A DNA stretch of 64,000 nt from Squalus acanthias (lineage: Eukaryota). The notes under the pieces are model-generated. The model saw only the letters and a program-made list of their open reading frames with translations. It ran no database searches and was not told where the DNA came from. Below are positions 51,413-60,557 of the stretch, in pieces (position 1 is the first letter of the stretch; each line of letters opens with the position of its first letter). The stretch is taken from assembly GCA_030390025.1 (NCBI GenBank), contig JASTWF010000365.1:124001-188000 (forward strand). The letters run 5' to 3'. Made by a program: the position numbers and the translations under genes.

Positions 51413-54400
51413 CTAGAGCCCGCGCAGCCCGTCTACCTGTGTCCGCTCAGCTATGATGCGTGGAAGCGACCCCTGGTGGAAATGGAGGTAGAGAAACAAA
51501 GGGGTAGTTATTTGTTGGACACGGGAGCTTCTTGCACCGTGATTCATACAGATAGCCCTTTTGACTCACCGCTATCTACCAAGGTCCCATTCACATTAGC
51601 GGGCTTCACGGGAAAAGAACAGGCTGGCGCGTTCTCCCTTCCGCTATCCATTCGTTTAGGAGCACTCCACATCAAGTGGAAGTGCATACTGATGGAATGG
51701 CAGGAGGGGGGTGGGAGAGGTATCCTCGGGTCCGATCTCCTATCAGGGCACGGGATCCTCGTGGACCTCAGAAATCACTGTCTCTGGGGGGCTAAGAGTG
51801 AAGAAGGCGAGGTAGTGGTAATTCCGGGGGAGGAAGAAACAGGGGTCCTGTGTACCATGAAGCCATCCGGAGGCTACGACCTCGGGCTTATGGTCGCGGA
51901 TGTCCCAACGGACATGCAAACGTACGTGTCAGATAATATGCACGCGTTTGCAACCCACAAGCACGATTGTGGGAGGGTTACCGGGTTTGAGGTCAGCGTA
52001 GATGGGGACCCCATGACCCGGCCCCAAAAGCAGTATAACTTCCCCAAAGAAGCAGAACCCGACATGGAGACAGCAATGTCCTCCTTGGTGCAGCAGGGCG
52101 TGTTGAGGCCGATAGCCACACACGTGAACTCCCCATTATGGCCGGTTAGGAAGCCGGATAATTCGTGGAGGGCCACGGTGGACTACAGAGTCCTTAACAG
52201 TAACATTCCCGCCTGCGCGCCCACGGTAGCAGCAGTCGCTGACCTAATAGGGAGTATCCCAGCGTCCGCGACCACGTTCACGGTGCTGGATATCTCGAAC
52301 GGTTTTTGGTCCATCCCGCTGCGGCGAGAGGACCAGTACAAGTTTGCCTTTACTTTCAAAGGACAACAGTACACATGGAACTGTCTGCCACAGGGTTTCC
52401 ACAACAGCCCCAGTATTTTCCATCAGTGTATGGCAGGAAGTTTAAAGGAGTTTAGTCAGCCCAATCAGATAGTGCAGTACGTGGATGATTTGCTCCTATT
52501 TACGGATCAAAGGGAGGAGCATGGACCACTGCTGGCCGAGTTATTGGAGCTGCTAGCGAGAAAGGGTTTTAAAGTGAACCCTAAGAAAGCACGTATCGGT
52601 CAGCGGGAAGTAAAATTCCTGGGGCTGACCATTCGCGCTGGGGAAAGAGCCATAGATAAGGCTAGGAGGGAGTCGGTGCAAGAGTTACCGATTCCCAACA
52701 CTATAAGGGGTGTGAGGTCCTTCTTGGGACTGACCGGTTACTGCAGGGATTTTATCGAAGACTATGCGGCCACAGCGGCGCCGCTGCTCCGACTCCTCCA
52801 TAAGGGAGTGGAGTGGTCTTGGGACGAGGGCTGCCAAGCAGCCTTCGAGAAGTTAAAAAGGGATCTGCAGACCGCGCCAGCTTTAGGGGCCATAGATGGG
52901 GGGAAGGAGTTTTTCCTGGAGGTAGCTGCCAGCGGGGACAGCTTGAGCGCTGTGCTGCTCCAAGAGCGTCACGGAAAGCTGAGGCCGGTTGTCTATTCGT
53001 CCAGGGTGTTAACGGATGTGGAGAGGAGTTTCTCCAATTGCGAAAGGCACCTTTTAGCCACGCATTGGGCTGTGAAAAGATCAGCGATCTTCACAGGGCT
53101 CTCTCCCATCACTCTCCTCACCCATCACACACCAACTAAGATGCTTCTAGATGGGAGGATTAAAGATGGGACCGTAAGCAGCGCGCGTATTGCGCGCTGG
53201 ACCCTTCTTCTTTCCCAGATGGATCTTAGAGTTAAAGGTCTTTGCGAGCCCAGGCTTGCGGCCAATTTGGTATACCCCGGTACAGCCCACTGGTGTTCGG
53301 TGGAAGGGGTGTGGGAAGTCAACATAGGTTTGCGGGCCGGGATACATCCCACTGGGCGCGAGATTTATGTTGATGGTTCCAGCACAGTATCTGCTGGCGA
53401 ACGACTCACAGGGTGTGGAGTTTATGACCCTGCGGCAAACCTTGCCCTGGCGATCAAGCTCCCCAGCACCATGAGCGCGCAGCAGGCTGAGCTGTCTGCA
53501 GTGGTGTACGTCGTTACCCACCCAGACATTTTCCCAACCCCATACACGATTTGCTCGGACAGTATGTTCACATGCAATTCGTGTACGGAATACCTGGCCA
53601 TTTGGTCCCGCCGTGGATACACCTCCGCGGACGGGCGACCTTTAACGGTGAAGCCCTTGCTGGAAAAGATCCTAGCAGCAGTAGGGGAGGAAGGGGAGAT
53701 TTTCATCCATAAGGTGAAGGCTCACTCCTCCACAGAGCCCCGTGGGGAGGGCAACCAGCAGGCGGACGCGCTAGCCAGGGAAGGTGCCCGCAACGGCATT
53801 TTCTGGGACCCCTATGGGCCCAGACCCATGGCAGCGATCCAAGGCAGGGACGGGAATCCCGGGAACACCAGGGTAGCATTGCCCCTAGACCTTAAGACTG
53901 TCCAGAACCAGGATCCCGCCCTAAAAGCAGTCCTCAAAACCCTTGCTGAGGGGAAGCAGGTAGAGGGTCCGTACAGTACGGCAACCCTCTCAGTTAAGGA
54001 AGGCATGCTGTTCCGCGAAGAGCAGTGGGTTGTGCCGCAGCAGCACAGGAGGGAATTCCTCCAGTTGGCTCACGAGGGACCAGGGGCAGGGCACCCCGGG
54101 CCCGAGGTTACCTGGCAACGGGTAGAGCAAGCGGGATGGTGGCCGGGACTCAGGGAACAGGTCCGCGAGTTCTGTGCAAGCTGTCTCGTGTGCGCTGCAA
54201 ACAACCCAGACCCCCAGAAAAGGAAAGTGCCCATGGGGCACGTAAGAAGGGTAGAGGGACCATGGCAGTCGATACAGATCGACTATATAGGGCCCCTGCC
54301 CACCACCCAGGGAGGCTATAAATACTGCCTCGTCTCGGTGGATGTGTTTTCCAAATGGGTGGAAGCCTTCCCCTGTCGAACAGCTACGGCACTGGGTACT

Positions 54401-54997
54401 GCAAAAATCTTGGTCCGGGAAGTGTTCTCGCGGTGGGGACTTCCCCGTTTTGTGGAGTCAGACCAAGGGAGTCATTTCACCGGCCAGGTGATGCAGAACA
54501 CCCTCATGCTTTTGTGCATTGAAGGGAAATGGCACGTAGCACACAATCCCCAGTCATCCGGGATTGTTGAACGCATGAACCGGACCCTGAAGGAAAAATT
54601 GAGGAAAGAGACTAGGAACTCGCCCCAAAAATGGGCGGAAGTTCTGCCTTTAGTCCTCATGGGGGTCCGGGCCAGTCAGTCGAAAAGTACGGGGTATTCC
54701 CCGCACGAGGTGATGACTGGGAGGATCATGCGAACCCCCACCCATGTGCTAGCGCCGGTGCTCACTGAGGGTCAGCTCCAAGAGATAAGCAGAGACAAGT
54801 TCGCCCAGACCCTCTTGGAGCGCCTGAAGCAGGTTTATGAGCAGGCGGCTGGGAACATGGGAAGGCAGCATCAGGGCAATCGCTGGAACCCCGCAAAACG
54901 CGGAGTGGGAAGTAGGAGACCAAGTCATGGTCAGAAACTACGCCAGAGTAGGGAGTCTGGAACCACTGTATATGGGACCCTACAACATTGTAGATAA
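51413..54997 (+). CDS. pol: Pol: protease, RT, degenerate RNase H (tether), second RNase H, integrase; in frame with gag
   Basis: LLDTGAS; LDISNGFWSIP, LPQGF, YVDD (52478); YVDGSS/AQQAEL/SDS/GNQQAD; HHCC plus QIDYIGP, SDQGSHF, VERMNRTLK. Confidence 0.97.
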   Translation, partial: LEPAQPVYLCPLSYDAWKRPLVEMEVEKQRGSYLLDTGASCTVIHTDSPFDSPLSTKVPFTLAGFTGKEQAGAFSLPLSIRLGALHIKWKCILMEWQEGGGRGILGSDLLSGHGILVDLRNHCLWGAKSEEGEVVVIPGEEETGVLCTMKPSGGYDLGLMVADVPTDMQTYVSDNMHAFATHKHDCGRVTGFEVSVDGDPMTRPQKQYNFPKEAEPDMETAMSSLVQQGVLRPIATHVNSPLWPVRKPDNSWRATVDYRVLNSNIPACAPTVAAVADLIGSIPASATTFTVLDISNGFWSIPLRREDQYKFAFTFKGQQYTWNCLPQGFHNSPSIFHQCMAGSLKEFSQPNQIVQYVDDLLLFTDQREEHGPLLAELLELLARKGFKVNPKKARIGQREVKFLGLTIRAGERAIDKARRESVQELPIPNTIRGVRSFLGLTGYCRDFIEDYAATAAPLLRLLHKGVEWSWDEGCQAAFEKLKRDLQTAPALGAIDGGKEFFLEVAASGDSLSAVLLQERHGKLRPVVYSSRVLTDVERSFSNCERHLLATHWAVKRSAIFTGLSPITLLTHHTPTKMLLDGRIKDGTVSSARIARWTLLLSQMDLRVKGLCEPRLAANLVYPGTAHWCSVEGVWEVNIGLRAGIHPTGREIYVDGSSTVSAGERLTGCGVYDPAANLALAIKLPSTMSAQQAELSAVVYVVTHPDIFPTPYTICSDSMFTCNSCTEYLAIWSRRGYTSADGRPLTVKPLLEKILAAVGEEGEIFIHKVKAHSSTEPRGEGNQQADALAREGARNGIFWDPYGPRPMAAIQGRDGNPGNTRVALPLDLKTVQNQDPALKAVLKTLAEGKQVEGPYSTATLSVKEGMLFREEQWVVPQQHRREFLQLAHEGPGAGHPGPEVTWQRVEQAGWWPGLREQVREFCASCLVCAANNPDPQKRKVPMGHVRRVEGPWQSIQIDYIGPLPTTQGGYKYCLVSVDVFSKWVEAFPCRTATALGTAKILVREVFSRWGLPRFVESDQGSHFTGQVMQNTLMLLCIEGKWHVAHNPQSSGIVERMNRTLKEKLRKETRNSPQKWAEVLPLVLMGVRASQSKSTGYSPHEVMTGRIMRTPTHVLAPVLTEGQLQEISRDKFAQTLLERLKQVYEQAAGNMGRQHQGNRWNPAKRGVGSRRPSHGQKLRQSRESGTTVYGTLQHCR

Positions 54998-55895
54998 GGC
55001 GAGTCCCATGGTATACGCCGTAAAGGTACCTCGGCGCACTAAGTGGTTCCACGTAAACCAGTGCAAACTGTACAAGCCAGGTGCACAAGGGAAAACCACA
55101 GGGGCAAAACCTGCGAGTGGGGACTCGCAGCCCCAGGTAGGACCACAAGGCACACAGGCAGGCAAAGCAGCTTGCATCAGGGAAGGGGACATCCTGGAAA
55201 ATTGTAAGACATTTTTGTGGGGTTGGGAGTCAGATGAGGGAGAGTTCGAGGAGCTCGACGAAGATGAGGATAGTGAAGGTAGTGAAGAGTGGGAATCGGA
55301 GGATGAAAGGGTCGCCCCCGATTCAGGTATAGGGGGGACAGGGGCTGCAGATAGAGATCCACACAGGGTGGAAACCGAAGCTGCAGGTCCCGAACACAGG
55401 GGGGAGGAGCCAGGGGAGGCGAAGCCAGCCGCTGTGGGACCACAGGACGTGACGGTGGAAGCCTCAGAGCCCGAGCCGCCCGCCTTGAACGTCCTGCCCT
55501 CGGGGGAGGTAGGGACTGCGAGTGAAGGGCCGCCTGCTGGGCCGAGCAGGGCGGTGCCACAAGCTGCAAGTCCCGAGGTCAGGGAGGCGGAGTCAGGGGA
55601 GGCGGAGCCAGCGACTGTGGTAGGACCACAGGTCGTCCCGGTGGAAGTCTCGGAACCCGGTCCGTCGGTCCTGGGATTCCTGCCCCCGGTAACTCCTCGT
55701 AGGTCAGGTCGGATACCCCAGCCCAGGAAGATGTGGGTATGGCCCCAGACTGTCCCAAGGCGTAGACTCAAGGTTAAGGCAGCCCAGGAAGAGCCCAGTC
55801 CCAGCGCAGCAGCAACAGGCTGCGGCAGATCAAAGGGAGGAGTCAATGCCCTCCCACCGTCGGGAAGAGCTCGCGGCAGCCTTTTCAGAATTTAA
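54880..55895 (+). CDS. Frameshifted integrase C-terminus (GPY/F module) plus long acidic/Pro-rich extension
   Basis: WEVGDQVMV...LEPLYMGPYNIV...WFHVNQCKLY lies in the +1 frame relative to pol. Confidence 0.85.
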
Positions 55896-56231
55896 AGGGG
55901 CCGCCCTGGGAACGGGCGGTGCTGTACAGTTATAAGTTTAGGATAAGTTTCTAAGTTTATAGTTCAAGGTTAAGGTTAAGTATAAGTTTATAGTTTTAGA
56001 TAAGGTTATGAGGTTATAGTTTTAAATCGGTTTAAGTCGGTAGTTTAATTTTGTTTAATTTAAGGAAGTAAAATGATGGGAGTTTTAGAGATAGGATTAG
56101 TTAAAGTTTATCCAGCGAACATTGAAGTTTACATGAGGCGAGGTCAGGGGACCTGCTCACCCTTCACAAAAGCCAGAGACTCTTGCGAGGCTGGCTACCT
56201 CATTCTATCTGATCACAGGAACCAAGGAAGG

Positions 56232-57110
56232 ATGGAATGAATTCTAGTATTGCTCGCGGCAATCGGATGCGGATTGGCCTATCGAGGCCGCACCAAGGAT
56301 GTCGTGGTGTTTGGATGCTCCGGGGACACGGCCCCCATCGCGGTGGATGGGACCGGAAGACGGGAGGCTGAGGAGACCACCACCTATTTCCACAAGGGAA
56401 GGTGGCCAGGATGGCTGGGAACGAACTCAACTGAGTATTCCAGCACATCGGGGTTTGCCTACCAAGAGACTTCTTTACTGTGCCCCAAAGTAAGGATCAT
56501 CGCACCCAGGATCAGCGTCACCGTCGGCAAACGGATTTGTTTGACTTGTAGTGGGAATGTCCCATTGAGCCGATGGTGGTGGCTGCGAAAGCTGAGCAAA
56601 AACATGAGGAACTCTTCGGTCGAGTGGGAACGACTGGGTAATAATACCCATCGGACAATTACGGGGACAAACGGACAAGTGAGAGTCTGTTGGGACAAAT
56701 GGTGGGAACCGGATGAGGGAATTTATGTATGTATGTGGGGGTCAAAGTACGTTTGCCCCAATGGCATCTCCATATTTTTCATTAATCAATGGCAGGATAA
56801 CGGACAGGGGATGAGGTGGGATGCGAGCACCAGGGGGTGCGGGGCCCCATTCTCCCCGATCCCAGTAAATGCCACTGAACTCATTACGCGCCCACGCAAA
56901 GCCCCGCCCACGATTCCGGTGGTTCTAGCTAAAGAAGAAGGGACTGTAGAATTCGCAATATATCGCGATTTTATAAATAAGGAGAAAACACATAGTTTCG
57001 TTCAAACAGCTTTATTTCAGCAGAATGCTGTCAGGTTTTCAAAGTGGACACAAGCAGCCTGTAAAATGGCCGCCACGCCTCGTGGCAGAACATTCTACAC
57101 TTTTCGATAA
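56232..57110 (+). pseudogene. ORF3 in env position: signal peptide plus immunoglobulin-like domain, 292 codons with a TGA at codon 3
   Basis: AGGATGG Kozak, ME*ILVLLAAIGCGLA leader, VTVGKRICLTC...WWW...DEGIYVC. Runs through the PPT into U3. Confidence 0.7.
56931..56943 (+). promoter_or_regulatory. Polypurine tract AAAGAAGAAGGGA
   Basis: Immediately 5' of the 3' LTR. Confidence 0.9.
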
Positions 57111-58613
57111 GCAGACAAGATGGCGTTCCAATAAACATTTGTGCGAGATCGATCAAGACTCAGCACATTTGAGATAATACACGAGACATTATGGGTTTGC
57201 AGTATACACATAAATACTGAAATCGTTCTCCCAGGTGCGAATAAGGGCTATTGTACCAAGTGATCAAGAACCCATCCAAAGACATTAATATGCAAAATCC
57301 CCACGACTCTACGATGAGAGAGCCGTTAGCGGGTAGTTACAGAAAACATTTGGAAGCCCCAAAACCCCTCCAGGGAGAATACCGACCGATTACACAATGG
57401 GAGAAAGTATTAACAGGTACTCAGACAGTTACGAGTATCCCCGAAACCCATTAAAACGGAGATCACCCTATACAAGAAATTTGGGCGCCAAAACCCTAAC
57501 AAAAGAAAAGACATTAAGGTTGGGCGGGAAAAAGAAGAGTTTTGCACTATAACTGCAAGCTACAACCGTCCATCTTTCTCTTATTCTCCTGCCTCTTGCC
57601 GCTTGCCTCGTGTCTCTGCCTCTTGCAGCTTTAAAGACTGTTGAACTTTACGATCCGCCAGGATCTGCCTCGTGGCTTGCCGCGAAGATCTGTGTGGAAC
57701 TGGGCTGTGAAGCCTTGGAACGGGCACACCATCCCGAGAAGTCGGTAAACGGTGTTGGAGCCGAAGGCCCGAGATGAGATGAGATGAGATGAGATGAGAT
57801 GAGATGAGAAGAGAAGAAGACGACCATACGTATCGCCACGGTCAGTAAGCCCCGACCGCGCCTGTAGGTCGAATAGACACTTTCCTTGCCCAGGAAGACC
57901 ATCTTTGAGTTCTACAGAACTGGCATCGGAAGACTCTTCTTTGAGTTTTATCGAACCGGTGCGAGGGCACAGGAAGACTATTTTTCGAGTCGTGTCGGAA
58001 CTCCGAGGACAACACAGATCTTCATGACAGCAGACGGTCCAGCCTGCTAGCCGGAGCAGAAACGAGTAAACAAGTGGGGTACAGAGACCCCTGACCAACA
58101 CATGGGTGATCAGGTGCTGCGGTAAAAAACATCCGATCAGAGTTTTCGGAATTCTCCGAGTTATCACGAGTGGTGAGCATGAGTCTCGATCCTACAAGTC
58201 TAGTTTAGAGCAGGTATTGATAGGGGAGGGTTTAAGTTTTAAGGATAACTGTAATGTGTGCCCCCATTTACGATGTTTCGTTCGTTCCTCGTTTCCCTGA
58301 AATTAGTTACATAACTGCGGGTAAGATTGTACTGTCATTAATCTGTGCTTATGACATGTATTTCGTAATCTTGAATAATATGCAATAAAGATTTTCCATT
58401 TCGTACCATTCAACCGGGTCTACCTGAGTTTTCTCTCCATTACTGCTCTCGCATCGAAGTCCAGTGTCAGAACCGTAAGGGCGAGTGGGTCGAACCACTC
58501 ACAGGTGTCTAGTGCTCCCAGACTGGCTGGAGACCAGAACAGGCAACAAGGCCTAACCTCGCACTAGCACCCAGGCTGAGCACAGAGCCACACACGGGAC
58601 AGAAACCCTTACA
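56945..58613 (+). repeat. 3' LTR, 1669 bp
   Basis: Copy of the 5' LTR with (GAGAT)7. Confidence 0.97.
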
Positions 58614-58617
58614 ATAG

Positions 58618-60557
58618 TTATATAAAAAGAAAAAAGGTGGTTAAGGCAAACGTAGGTCCCTTAGAGGATGAGACCGGGAAATTAATGGTGGGAAACATGG
58701 AGATGGCAAAAATGCTGAACAAATATTTTGTTTCAGTCTTTACGGTAGAGGACACTAAGAATATCCCAACACTGGACAAACAGGGGGCTCTAGTGGGGGA
58801 GGAGCTAAATACGATTAAAATCACTAAGGAATTGGTACTCAGTAAAATAATGGGACTCAAGGCGGATAAATCCCCTGGACCTGATGGCTTAAATCCTAGG
58901 GTCTTGAGGGAAGTGGCAGTAGGAATTGTGGATGCTTTGGTAATAATTTTCCAAAACTCCCTGAACTCAGCAAAGGTCCCGGCAGATTGGAAAACTGCTG
59001 ATGTAACACCCTTATTTAAAAAGGGTTGTAGGCAGAAGGCTGAAAATTATCGACCAGTTAGCGTAACATCTGTGGTGGGTAAAATTTTGGAGTCTATTAT
59101 TAAGGAGACAGTAACGGAACATTTAGATAAACATAATTTAATAGGACAAAGTCAGCATGGCTTTATGAAGGGGATGTCATGTCTGACAAATTTGCTCGAG
59201 TTCTTTGAGGACATAACGTACAGGGTGGATAAAGGGGAACCAGTGGATGTAGTGTATTTAGACTTCCAGAAGGCATTCGACAAGCTGCCACATAAAAGAT
59301 TATTACTCAAGATAAAAAATCACTGGATTGGGGGTAATATTCTGGCATGGGTGGAGGATTGGTTATCTAACAGGAAGCAGAGAGTTGGGATAAATGGTTC
59401 ATTCTCGGACTGGCAACCAGTAGCCAGTGGTGTTCCGCAGGGGTCGGTGCTGGGTCCCCAACTCTTTACAATCTATATTAACGATTTGGAGGAGGGGACC
59501 GAGTGTAACATATCAAAGTTTGCAGATGATACAAAGATGGGAGGGAAAGTAGAGAGTGAGGAGGACACAAAAAACCTACAAGGGGATATAGACAGGCTGG
59601 GTGAGTGGGCAGAGATTTGGCAGATGCAATACAATATTGGAAAATGTGAGGTTATGCACTTTGGCAGGAAAAATCAGAGAGCAAGTTATTATCTTAATGG
59701 CGAGAAATTGGAAAGTACTGCAGTACAAAGGGATCTGGGGGTCTTGGTGCAAGAAAATCAAAAAGTTAATATGCAGGTGCAGCAGGTGATCAAGAAAGCC
59801 AATGGAATGTTGGCTTTTATTGCTAGGGGGATAGAATATAAAAACAGGGAGGTATTGCTGCAGTTGTATAGGGTATTGGTGAGACCGCACCTGGAGTACT
59901 GCATACAGTTTTGGTGTCCATACTTAAGAAAAGACATACTTGCTCTCGAGGCAGTACAAAGAAGGTTCACTCGGTTAATTCCGGGGATGAGGGGGTGGAC
60001 ATACGAGGAGAGGTTGAGTAGATTGGGACTCTACTCATTGGAGTTCAGAAGAATGAGAGGCGATCTTATTGAAACATATAAGATTGTGAAGGGGCTTGAT
60101 CGGGTGGACGCGGTGAGGATGTTCCCAAGGATGGGTGAAACTAGAACTAGGGGACATAATCTTAGAATAAGGGGCTCCTCTTTCAAAACTGAGATGAGCA
60201 GAAACTTTTTCACTCAGAGGGTAGTGGGTCTGTGGAATTTGCTACCCCAGGAAGCTGTGGAAGCTACTTCATTAAATAAATTGAAAACAGAAATAGACCG
60301 TTTCCTAGAAGTAAAGGGAATCAGGGGTTACGGGGAGCGGGCTGGAAATTGGACGTGAGTTTGAGTTCGGATCGGTCAAGGCCCTGTGGGTGGCGGAGCG
60401 GGCCCAGGGGCCGAGTGGCCTGGTCCTGCTCCTACTTCTTGTGTTCTTTAGAGATGAGGTTGGATCAGATCAGCCATGATCTCATTGAATGGCGGAGCAG
60501 GCTCGAGGGCCGATTGGTCCACTCCTGCTCCTATTTCTTATGTTCTTATGTTCTTAT
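58618..60557 (+). mobile_element. CR1 LINE, right part: open RT domain (ORF to 60358) and 3' UTR with (TATGTTCT)n tail
   Basis: KSPGPDG, NYRPVS, YLDFQKAFD, PQGSVLGP and FADD motifs. Joins the left part as KSFYSYIKRK. Confidence 0.97.

Larger units (their letters stand above)
47919..58613 (+). mobile_element. Full-length retrovirus-like LTR element, 10,695 bp (LTR-PBS-gag-pol-ORF3-PPT-LTR)
   Basis: Paired TGTA...TACA LTRs, TSD ATAG at 47915-47918 and 58614-58617, PBS, PPT and PR-RT-RH-RH-IN order. Confidence 0.97.

Noticed and set aside
54980..55846. Antisense 288-aa ORF
   Set aside because: Shadow of the GC-rich sense-strand extension.
56250..57110. ORF3 as a conventional retroviral Env
   Set aside because: No R-x-K/R-R cleavage site (RPRK does not fit), fusion peptide, heptad repeat or TM anchor visible.
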